From a virus (taxonomy: Duplodnaviria > Heunggongvirae > Uroviricota > Caudoviricetes), in IMG/VR virus record IMGVR_UViG_3300023174_000034: a DNA stretch of 64,000 nt; one strand, 5' to 3'. Position numbers and translations under genes: made by a program. The notes under the pieces are model-generated. The model was not told the DNA's origin, searched no databases, and saw nothing but the letters and a program-made list of their open reading frames with translations. Each line of letters begins with the position of its first letter. Within the stretch, counting starts at the first letter, position 1. Of the stretch, positions 42,446-49,494 are shown piece by piece.

Positions 42446-44002
42446 ATGCGATACTTAGAACTATTTGAAAACCTAGATCAGCTAACCACTCCAGAGTTGG
42501 ACTCAATGAAAAGCATCATTGCTGGCAAAATTAAGTTGTTGCCAGATGATGATGCTACTGCAAAAACTCTGCGTGAAATTGAAGAACTACTACAGCACGT
42601 GAATGCTGGAGGACGCATGGGCATGATCAAAGGGCGTTTACAAAAGATCAATGATCCTGCTGTGATGGCAAGCCAAAAGAAACTGGCACAGTATTTGGCC
42701 AGCATGGAAGTGTCGCCCAAAGATCGCGATGAGTTGTTCAGCCTGTGGGCCGCAGACAAACTTGTAAACATTGATAAACTATTGAGTAAAAACTCACACA
42801 CCTTCAGTGACATCTTCAATGGTTATGACAGTAATCCTGCCATCAAAGAGCTTGTGGATGATGTGATGGAAGAACAAGCCCTGGGCCAAGGCAAGGGCGA
42901 GTTTGGTCTAAACGTACTAAGCAAGAGCGTGAGTAAGCCCGGGAACTTTGTACAGAACCAAACAACTGATGTTGACGGCGATGGCGACAAAGAAGAAGCC
43001 AAAGGCGACTTGTTGGTCAAACTGGACAACAAGTGGATCAAAGTTGAAGTTAAAACAACACACGGCGGCGCCGCACGTTTCTCAGATCAAGAAGTACGTC
43101 CGGCAGAAGGCTACGAAGCCGCTGCCACTGCACTCAACCGTTTTGTAGTTGGATTCAGCAAGCAATCCTGGTTCAAAGAATTGTTTCCTAAAGGTGTTCC
43201 TGCCTACGGTGTAAACATGAACAAAGCAATGGCCATGTATCAATTGATGAAAGACGGCGAGTATGGCGAAAAGCTACTGTCTCAAGTTCAAAATCTGGTC
43301 ACACTGATCTTTGGCGGCAAAAAAGCAGATGCTAAAATGGTTAAAAATATCATGTCAAACTTCAAGGCCAATAATGCCAATGAAGTGCTACAGTTGTATT
43401 CGCAAGCAAGTTTCAACTACTACATGAGCAAAAAGGATGATGCTGGTGTACTAAGTATCAACCTGAACAGCAAGGCTTTTGTGTTTTATTCTGATGCAAA
43501 TGATCTCAAGAAAGCCAAAATGCGTTTGAATACAGACACAATTTATCTAAGTGCCAAAGATGCCAACCGCGGTGCATACCCGCAGTTGAGTGTTATTCCC
43601 ACAACCTTTGGTGCAAATGCCAAAGCCAAAGCTGAAAAAGATGCACAGAAGCAAGCAATCAAAACAGCCAAAGCAAACCCAGTTGATGTTCCTAGTCTCG
43701 ATGGCACCAAGAAACAACAGATCGAAGCCAAGGTATCTGAATTTGTTACAAACGTGGCCACAGCCAAGGGTATCTTTGATCAGGACGCAATTGATGCTGC
43801 CACAATGCAAGCAGTAGATCTTATTGTACAAGGTGTACCCACTGCCAAGATCAAATCAATGATCAACTCTTTGCTAACACAAAGTAAAGCAGCCGCAGAA
43901 GTTCCAGCTGAACCTGCAGAGCCGATACAACCCACGACACCACAACAGCCCATAGCGGCCACAACCAGACCGCAATTCCCAACACCCAGACCTGGCGGTT
44001 GA
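42446..44002 (+). CDS. Late protein with PD-(D/E)xK nuclease-like motifs
   Basis: GKGEF...KGDL...IKVEVK; MRYLELFE start; TAAATA at 42422. Confidence 0.5.
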   Translation: MRYLELFENLDQLTTPELDSMKSIIAGKIKLLPDDDATAKTLREIEELLQHVNAGGRMGMIKGRLQKINDPAVMASQKKLAQYLASMEVSPKDRDELFSLWAADKLVNIDKLLSKNSHTFSDIFNGYDSNPAIKELVDDVMEEQALGQGKGEFGLNVLSKSVSKPGNFVQNQTTDVDGDGDKEEAKGDLLVKLDNKWIKVEVKTTHGGAARFSDQEVRPAEGYEAAATALNRFVVGFSKQSWFKELFPKGVPAYGVNMNKAMAMYQLMKDGEYGEKLLSQVQNLVTLIFGGKKADAKMVKNIMSNFKANNANEVLQLYSQASFNYYMSKKDDAGVLSINLNSKAFVFYSDANDLKKAKMRLNTDTIYLSAKDANRGAYPQLSVIPTTFGANAKAKAEKDAQKQAIKTAKANPVDVPSLDGTKKQQIEAKVSEFVTNVATAKGIFDQDAIDAATMQAVDLIVQGVPTAKIKSMINSLLTQSKAAAEVPAEPAEPIQPTTPQQPIAATTRPQFPTPRPGG

Positions 44003-44027
44003 CACTAAGTCAACCCTAGCATATAAT
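43999..44027 (+). promoter_or_regulatory. sigma70 promoter for tRNA genes
   Basis: TTGACA-17-TATAAT. Confidence 0.9.
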
Positions 44028-44035
44028 ACACACTC

Positions 44036-44112
44036 GGGCCGATAGCTTAGTGTCCTAAAGCAGTGGCCTCATAAGCCATTGATCCTGGGTTAGAATCCCA
44101 GTCGGCCCACCA
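44036..44112 (+). tRNA. tRNA-CAT, probably Ile2
   Basis: Cloverleaf, CT-CAT-AA loop, GGGCCGA acceptor, ACCA end. Confidence 0.8.
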
Positions 44113-44117
44113 AACAC

Positions 44118-44192
44118 CTGGCGTTAGTATAACGGATAATACAGTAAGCTTCTACCTTACGAATACGGGTTCGATTCCTGTGCGCCGGACCA
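44118..44192 (+). tRNA. tRNA-Arg(TCT)
   Basis: GTAAG-CTTCTAC-CTTAC arm, CCA. Confidence 0.85.
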
Positions 44193-44208
44193 AGACATAA
44201 GTAAATGC

Positions 44209-44676
44209 ATGGAACAAAAATCAAACCTTGCCAAGGGTAGAGACAGTTATGATTCTACTAGCACAGGCGCAATGATTCCGTTTTTCAATCGAAACGTCAC
44301 ACCTTACCCAACAGAAGCAGGTGGTCCTAAGTTTGACCTTGTGCCTGTGACACAGCAAAAAGATCTCATGATCAACCATGCCAGGATGTATGCCCAGCAA
44401 GAGTATGACAGGATCATGGAACTGGTAGTTGTGCTGGAAAAACAAGCACAAGCCATCAAGCGTAGATTAGATATCACTGATGCAGTGCATGCCGCAGTAT
44501 ATCAATTCCAGCCTGTGATGGGCAATGTGTACTGGTTGGCTTGGGATAAACGAAAGCAACAGAATATTTTAACACCAATGGGGCCAAATGACTGGTCAAG
44601 CTCTGCACCTGAAGACTATGAATACCAGGCACAAGTAAAGTACATGGGTGACCATACCTGGTTAGAAATTGAATAA
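44209..44676 (+). CDS. DUF2452-like protein
   Basis: PYPT..G.PKF, F.PV.G..Y.L, GP.DW, D.TW. Confidence 0.65.
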   Translation: MEQKSNLAKGRDSYDSTSTGAMIPFFNRNVTPYPTEAGGPKFDLVPVTQQKDLMINHARMYAQQEYDRIMELVVVLEKQAQAIKRRLDITDAVHAAVYQFQPVMGNVYWLAWDKRKQQNILTPMGPNDWSSSAPEDYEYQAQVKYMGDHTWLEIE

Positions 44677-44684
44677 AAACTACT

Positions 44685-44769
44685 GCGAGTATGGGGGAAT
44701 TGGTAGACCCAGCGGACTTAAAATCCGCCGCCGTTAGGCGTACCGGTTCGACTCCGGTTACTCGTACCA
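44685..44769 (+). tRNA. tRNA-Leu(TAA)
   Basis: Cloverleaf with long variable arm, CCA. Confidence 0.92.
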
Positions 44770-44812
44770 ACTATAATATTTTGTATCCTAGTCCGACGAT
44801 ATAAGTAATTTA

Positions 44813-44989
44813 ATGTCAGAGACACATGCCCGTACAATCGTCCGTACAGTAAGTTATAGAATAACAGCCCTGCTGATCACAGCAATTTGGACTGGACTAG
44901 GTGATGCAATAGTGATCCATATAGTTCTAGCAACATTGCATTATGCCATGGAACGTGCCTGGCTCAAAATACACTGGGGAAAACTATGA
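44813..44989 (+). CDS. DUF2061-like small membrane protein (58 aa, below the ORF-track cutoff)
   Basis: MSETHARTIVRTVSYRI...HYAMERAWLKIHWG; ATGA overlap with the next gene. Confidence 0.8.
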   Translation: MSETHARTIVRTVSYRITALLITAIWTGLGDAIVIHIVLATLHYAMERAWLKIHWGKL

Positions 44990-45861
44990 ACTATCACTTG
45001 CATGAAAACGGCTGGACTGTGATCCTGGATGATTTTGACTTTGCCACAGCCACACAAGAAGATATCAATGAAATTGGTTGTTTGTTAGCAACCAATACCC
45101 TTGTAGTTGCTCACGACCAAAATCATCTCACAGTACAAGACGAAGTGCATGTGGCACAAATGTTTGGCACAGTAGAAGATTTATCAGCAGTGGCAGATGT
45201 GCCACCTTACAATCATATCTTGGTACCAGGTAGTGGTAACAAAATGGAACGGGTGACCGGTGAACTAGATGAACACGGACTGCCTGGCTTGTTTGGTCAC
45301 GTGAGTGATCTTGATTGGCATTGCAATCAGCCAGGTGATCCTCAGCGCAAGCCACTAGTTTGGTTGTTGGGTGTGCGTGGTACCGAAGGTAGCAGGACCA
45401 GTTGGACCAACAACATCCTGGCCTACGATGATTTGAGCGAAGAAGAAAAGCAAACTTTTGCGGACTTTCGTATGGTGTGTGGTTGGAAACGCTACAGCTA
45501 CAGCGAGTTTGACTTTGGTGGTGCCAAACAAGGTCGGCAAGAAGACTTCAACGAACACTACACACCAAATCTTGTGCATACCAACATTGGACGCAAGACA
45601 GGACTATTTTTTCCGTTTTTGCAATTTCGTAACTTTGTGGGGTTGACAGAAAGCATGAGCAAGCGCATAATACAAGACTTACGCGATCATGTGTTGCAAG
45701 ACAAATACATTTACCATCATGACTGGAAGGATGGGGATGTAGTGATCTCGGAACAGTGGTTGGGAATACACAAGCGTTGGAAGTTCGATGGCATGCCTGA
45801 TCGTGTGCTACACCGTACAACATTTGACTTTGCCAACTGCGATCTAAGTAAAATTAGTTAA
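44986..45861 (+). CDS. TauD/TfdA-family dioxygenase-like protein
   Basis: WHCN, H.W.DGD.V, distal H.R, RVLHR. Confidence 0.8.
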   Translation: MNYHLHENGWTVILDDFDFATATQEDINEIGCLLATNTLVVAHDQNHLTVQDEVHVAQMFGTVEDLSAVADVPPYNHILVPGSGNKMERVTGELDEHGLPGLFGHVSDLDWHCNQPGDPQRKPLVWLLGVRGTEGSRTSWTNNILAYDDLSEEEKQTFADFRMVCGWKRYSYSEFDFGGAKQGRQEDFNEHYTPNLVHTNIGRKTGLFFPFLQFRNFVGLTESMSKRIIQDLRDHVLQDKYIYHHDWKDGDVVISEQWLGIHKRWKFDGMPDRVLHRTTFDFANCDLSKIS

Positions 45862-45904
45862 TTTGCAATTTTTTGCCATTTGACTAAATAAAACACAATA
45901 GAGG

Positions 45905-45933
45905 TTGACAGCATTGCTAAATATCTCTACAAT
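45905..45933 (+). promoter_or_regulatory. sigma70 promoter of the attenuated leader
   Basis: TTGACA-17-TACAAT. Confidence 0.85.
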
Positions 45934-45987
45934 ACAAGACATACACAGCGTATAGTACGCTAGGTATCAAAAGGAAAAAGAAACAAA

Positions 45988-46128
45988 ATGAAATCGACAT
46001 TCGTTCTCAACTGCAAACAGCATAGCCAAGCATATTCATTTATGCCGGTGGCCTTGTGGTCTGCGACTGAGATTAGTAATGATCGCACACTACCAGGCAC
46101 CAAGGGTCCAGGAGATTCGCATAGTTAA
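45988..46128 (+). CDS. Putative attenuator leader peptide (46 aa, all 20 amino acids)
   Basis: AAGGA RBS at 45971; MKSTFVLNCKQHSQAYSFMPVALWSATEISNDRTLPGTKGPGDSHS*. Confidence 0.8.
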   Translation: MKSTFVLNCKQHSQAYSFMPVALWSATEISNDRTLPGTKGPGDSHS

Positions 46129-46160
46129 CACAAATTAACTCAGCAAACTCCAAGGACCCT
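46103..46160 (+). promoter_or_regulatory. Antiterminator hairpin
   Basis: AGGGTCC/GGACCCT, GGAG/CTCC and AGTTAA/TTAACT nested pairings. Confidence 0.75.
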
Positions 46161-46191
46161 AGGCTTAAAAACCCTGGGGTTTTTTGTTTTT
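46156..46191 (+). terminator. Intrinsic (attenuator) terminator
   Basis: ACCCTAGG-9nt-CCTGGGGT followed by TTTTTGTTTTT. Confidence 0.85.
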
Positions 46192-46206
46192 AGGATCATG
46201 AAAAGT

Positions 46207-46312
46207 GTGTATAGGGAACGCGACCCTGCTGGCACTATAAACATCGGCTATAATGAGGGCGGCTTACCGGATGAGAAGTCTGTGGTGGAAACGCAGATGG
46301 TAAAATGGTAAC
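46207..46312 (+). ncRNA. Putative structured RNA with GATGAGAAG module
   Basis: TTACC/GGTAA stem enclosing GATGAGAAG and a TCTGTG/CGCAGA hairpin; no ORF. Confidence 0.4.
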
Positions 46313-46376
46313 GTATTAAAGCATTCTCTACCCGCGAGGGGACAAGTGGGTTCATCCATGTAGAGTGCTTTAATAC
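46313..46376 (+). ncRNA. Closed-stem three-way-junction RNA
   Basis: GTATTAAAGCATTCTCTA/TAGAGTGCTTTAATAC enclosing two small hairpins. Confidence 0.55.
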
Positions 46377-46449
46377 CTGCATTGGATGGCCAAGCCTAAC
46401 CGACTGTGAATCGGCAGGCGGCAGGTTGTGGACGCAACAACCAGTGCAG
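46377..46449 (+). ncRNA. Closed-stem three-way-junction RNA
   Basis: CTGCATTGG/CCAGTGCAG enclosing two hairpins. Confidence 0.5.
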
Positions 46450-46493
46450 TAAAAACAAAGACCTTACAGCTTGTAGGGTTATAAAAACAGAGG

Positions 46494-46521
46494 TTGACGT
46501 TTTCGCAAAAGATGTTATACT
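46494..46521 (+). promoter_or_regulatory. sigma70 promoter (extended -10) upstream of the main tRNA array
   Basis: TTGACG-16-TATACT with TGn. Confidence 0.65.
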
Positions 46522-46581
46522 TGTGGAACTGTAGCAAACATCGTGTTGCTAGAACAACTGCATACTCATGCAGACGAATAC

Positions 46582-46597
46582 AGTTCATTAACAATCT
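46582..46597 (+). promoter_or_regulatory. boxA-like antitermination element
   Basis: AGTTCATTAACAATCT resembles rrn boxA TGCTCTTTAACAATTT. Confidence 0.55.
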
Positions 46598-46610
46598 GTT
46601 GTGACAAATT

Positions 46611-46695
46611 GCCCCGATGGTGGAATTGGTAGACACGCTGGTCTTAGAAGCCAGTGCCGAGAGGCGTAGGAGTTCAAGTCTCCTTTGGGGCACCA
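46611..46695 (+). tRNA. tRNA-Leu(TAG)
   Basis: Cloverleaf, long variable arm, CCA. Confidence 0.93.
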
Positions 46696-46902
46696 TATTA
46701 AAATGTATTAGAGGTTGTCAGCACCGCTAGGTGCTTGCACTGAGGATAACTAGCTGACGGGCTGGCTCTGTGCAACGCACATGAAAGTTGAGGGGAAACC
46801 CAAGTATGACACGGTGGAGTATGCTGAACTGTAATGACGAAGCGGAAGTAGCAGGAGACGGTCCTGTGAGGTAAGTGGAGTTCCTGTAGTATGTTTTAAT
46901 AT
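46696..46902 (+). ncRNA. Putative ~205-nt structured RNA
   Basis: ATATTAAAATGTATTA/TAGTATGTTTTAATAT closing stem fills the whole Leu-Tyr spacer. Confidence 0.55.
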
Positions 46903-46988
46903 GGAGATGTGGCAGAGTGGTTGATTGCAACAGACTGTAAATCTGTCCCCTAAAAAGCGCGGTGGTTCGAATCCATCCATCTCCACCA
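46903..46988 (+). tRNA. tRNA-Tyr(GTA)
   Basis: Cloverleaf, CCA. Confidence 0.93.
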
Positions 46989-46994
46989 TTTAAT

Positions 46995-47070
46995 GCACGG
47001 TTCGTCTATCGGTTTAGGACACTAGCCTTTCACGTTAGTAAGACGGGTTCGATTCCCGTACCGTGTACCA
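46995..47070 (+). tRNA. tRNA-Glu(TTC)
   Basis: Cloverleaf, CCA. Confidence 0.92.
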
Positions 47071-47074
47071 TTAT

Positions 47075-47150
47075 GCTTCGTTAGCTCAATTGGGAGAGCG
47101 CGACACTGTCACTGTCGAGGTAAGGGGATCGAAACCCCTACGAGGCGCCA
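47075..47150 (+). tRNA. tRNA-Asp(GTC)
   Basis: Cloverleaf, GCCA end; T-loop begins ATCG. Confidence 0.9.
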
Positions 47151-47153
47151 AGT

Positions 47154-47376
47154 TTTGAGAGTGTCAGCAAGTACAGTCACGCTAATGAGGTTTCTTCGAA
47201 GGACCAAGTTAGTAAAAGGGGACGGGTTCAACTCCCGGCCGATCGCTTGAATGGGATCGGCGCAGATGGTTGCTAACTGGACAGGTACCCAAGTGATATC
47301 CATCGTGCTCGAGGTCAGGCTAGGCGGCCGGTAAGTCCTGAATAAATCTACGATAAAAGCGGCGTAGGCTCTCAAA
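47154..47376 (+). ncRNA. Putative ~220-nt structured RNA
   Basis: TTTGAGAGT/GCTCTCAAA closing stem, GCCGATC/GATCGGC hairpin, T-arm-like GGGTTCAACTCCC. Confidence 0.55.
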
Positions 47377-47393
47377 TTCAATCTCACCCTTAC

Positions 47394-47455
47394 ATACATT
47401 GGTCTACCGCCACCGAGAGGTAGTTAAAGACAATGACAAGCAACAGCCAGTGTGT
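47394..47455 (+). ncRNA. Small closed-stem RNA
   Basis: ATACATTGG/CCAGTGTGT closing stem; CTACC/GGTAG hairpin. Confidence 0.4.
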
Positions 47456-47469
47456 TTCAGTATAGCAAC

Positions 47470-47547
47470 GCAACGGTGGCAGAGCGGCCCAATGCACGGG
47501 ATTGCAAATCCTGAAAACCACAGGTTCAAATCCTGTCCGTTGCTCCA
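47470..47547 (+). tRNA. tRNA-Cys(GCA)
   Basis: Cloverleaf, TCCA end. Confidence 0.9.
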
Positions 47548-47765
47548 AGAACGTTCTGCCCTAATCAGCAGATAGTGTGACCCGCACGATGAGAAGTGGT
47601 GTGATAGCCAAGGGTGGTAGTCTTCTTACCAAAAGGCCGCTGGCAATGCGAGAACGGAACCTGTCGGGAAGTGGGTGGAGGCCGTGCGTGATGAAAGACT
47701 AATTGGGGCAACCTGACCAAATTTCTGATGCGGTATAATTACCACCGGGGTCGCCGAGCATTTTT
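47548..47765 (+). ncRNA. Putative ~215-nt structured RNA
   Basis: GC-rich non-coding spacer with multiple stems and a GATGAGAAG module. Confidence 0.45.
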
Positions 47766-47786
47766 AATTTAACATTGGAGAATGAC

Positions 47787-47807
47787 ATGAAACGAGGTAA
47801 ACTCTAG
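47787..47807 (+). CDS. Minigene MKRGKL* upstream of the tRNA-Lys pair
   Basis: GGAG RBS at 47777-47780; ATG AAA CGA GGT AAA CTC TAG. Confidence 0.55.
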   Translation: MKRGKL

Positions 47808-47867
47808 TGTCACTCTAGGCATCCGTATGGTCTAGGGTTGGCACGTAAAATCAAACGATACGTACAA

Positions 47868-47943
47868 CCCTGTGTGGCGCAGTTGGTAGCGCAACGGACT
47901 CTTAATCCGCTGGTCGTCAGTTCGAGCCTGACCGCAGGGACCA
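47868..47943 (+). tRNA. tRNA-Lys(CTT)
   Basis: Cloverleaf, ACCA. Confidence 0.9.
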
Positions 47944-47946
47944 TAT

Positions 47947-48022
47947 GGAAGCATAACTCAATGGCTAGAGTACCCGGCTTTTAACCGGATAGTTGTGGGT
48001 TCGAGTCCCACTGCTTCTACCA
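47947..48022 (+). tRNA. tRNA-Lys(TTT)
   Basis: Cloverleaf, ACCA. Confidence 0.9.
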
Positions 48023-48093
48023 TATAAAAACATACTACGCACGGTGAACAGCCCGTCCCAAGGAACTTGAGAGGATAGTGTGTTTCTATATGG
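48023..48093 (+). ncRNA. Small closed-stem RNA
   Basis: (ACCA)TATAAAAACATACTA/TAGTGTGTTTCTATATGGT stem around a ~38-nt insert. Confidence 0.5.
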
Positions 48094-48099
48094 TATTAT

Positions 48100-48174
48100 T
48101 GCCTATTAGCTCAGTGGTAGAGCACCGTCTTGATAAGGCGGGGGTCCTTGGATCGTTCCCAAGATAGGCAACCA
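48100..48174 (+). tRNA. tRNA-Ile(GAT)
   Basis: Cloverleaf; atypical T-loop ATCGTTC. Confidence 0.85.
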
Positions 48175-48218
48175 AAAATTTTGTAATAGCAATATTGCAT
48201 TGATAAGTAGAAGTGTAT

Positions 48219-48294
48219 GCGGGAATAGCTCAGTTGGTAGAGCGATACCTTGCCAAGGTATAGGTCGGGAGTTCGAGCCTCCTTTCCCGCTCCA
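48219..48294 (+). tRNA. tRNA-Gly(GCC)
   Basis: Canonical cloverleaf, TCCA. Confidence 0.95.
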
Positions 48295-48315
48295 TACATT
48301 TCAAACAAAATATAT

Positions 48316-48391
48316 TCCGCAGTAGCTCAGTCGGTAGAGTAGATGACTGTTAATCATTTGGTCGGTGGTTCGAGCCCACCCTGTGGAGCCA
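48316..48391 (+). tRNA. tRNA-Asn(GTT)
   Basis: Cloverleaf, GCCA. Confidence 0.93.
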
Positions 48392-48397
48392 GTATTT

Positions 48398-48473
48398 GGG
48401 GGATTAGCTCAGTTGGGAGAGCGGTTGCTTTGCAAGCAATAGGTCGCAGGTTCGATCCCTGTATCCTCCACCA
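48398..48473 (+). tRNA. tRNA-Ala(TGC)
   Basis: G3:U70, ACCA. Confidence 0.95.
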
Positions 48474-48480
48474 ATTTATT

Positions 48481-48557
48481 CGGAGTGTGGCGCAGTCCGG
48501 TAGCGCACCTGGTTTGGGACCAGGGGGTCCAAGGTTCGAATCCTTGTACTCCGACCA
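48481..48557 (+). tRNA. tRNA-Pro(TGG)
   Basis: Canonical cloverleaf. Confidence 0.95.
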
Positions 48558-48566
48558 TGTTAGTTT

Positions 48567-48641
48567 GCATCCTTAGCTCAGGGGTAGAGCGTTTCCTTTA
48601 CACGGAAAGGGTCCGCGGTTCGAAACCGTGAGGATGTACCA
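48567..48641 (+). tRNA. tRNA-Val(TAC)
   Basis: Cloverleaf, ACCA. Confidence 0.9.
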
Positions 48642-48678
48642 ATTTTTATCAGCAAGCACAAGTGATTAAATATTAACT

Positions 48679-49488
48679 ATGCAAAACAAACCAACTGATA
48701 CATTGTATCCACTCAATGACGCTTTGTTTCAAAGATTAAGACAGCAATGGTTTCAGGATCCGCAACGCGAAGTATCCAAAGATGAATACATTGCAGTTGC
48801 ACAGGAATGGTTTCGATCTACTCGACTTAACAATTTAACTGGATGGGACGCTTTTCCTTGTGTGGATTCAACCATGGGTTGTACTCATTTCATTGAGTCT
48901 GTGGCCGGCAAACATGGTTGGAACAATATCCAGATTCTGCCAGACGAATATTCTTACTATAGCAAAATGGGCATGGCTCCAACACAGCCAGGACAGCTTC
49001 GCCCAGGTGTGCCGCTGATGCTGTCGTTGCCTAATCATAGTTATACAGATGTAAGGCCGGACTGGCCAGATGTACTAGCAGAGTGTGAAGCCAAGAACAT
49101 TGACATACACATTGACTGTGCTTGGCTAACCTGTTCTAGAGATATAACACTTAATTTTGATCATCCCAGGATACAGAGCTTTGCAATGAGCATGAGCAAG
49201 TACTCGCTGGAATGGAATCGCATAGGATTGCGCTGGGCAAGAAAACGTTATATTGATTCCATTACAATGTTTAATCATCTTTACCGTGGTCGCGTAAATC
49301 TAAGTTTGATGAGTTGCGGCGTGTACATGATGCAAAACATTCCACGTGACCATGCGTGGAACACATACGGAGAGTTGCATCACAAGATATGCAATGATCT
49401 AAATCTATTGCCTACAAAAGCAATACACGTAGCATACTGCAATCAAACACATAAAAATGTTGGCATTGGCAATATGCTATCAGAATAG
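48679..49488 (+). CDS. Hypothetical protein, PLP-dependent transferase-like fold
   Basis: S.PN, IHIDCAW, FAMSMSK......RIG; TAAATA at 48667. Confidence 0.6.
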   Translation: MQNKPTDTLYPLNDALFQRLRQQWFQDPQREVSKDEYIAVAQEWFRSTRLNNLTGWDAFPCVDSTMGCTHFIESVAGKHGWNNIQILPDEYSYYSKMGMAPTQPGQLRPGVPLMLSLPNHSYTDVRPDWPDVLAECEAKNIDIHIDCAWLTCSRDITLNFDHPRIQSFAMSMSKYSLEWNRIGLRWARKRYIDSITMFNHLYRGRVNLSLMSCGVYMMQNIPRDHAWNTYGELHHKICNDLNLLPTKAIHVAYCNQTHKNVGIGNMLSE

Positions 49489-49494
49489 TTCTGT

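Noticed and set aside
46207-46312. Cobalamin riboswitch (TAGGGAA word)
   Set aside because: Remaining B12-box and core elements not evident.
46696-47765. tmRNA, RNase P RNA, group I intron or hammerhead identity for the spacer RNAs
   Set aside because: I could not find their diagnostic motifs by eye; left as unknown RNAs pending an Rfam search.
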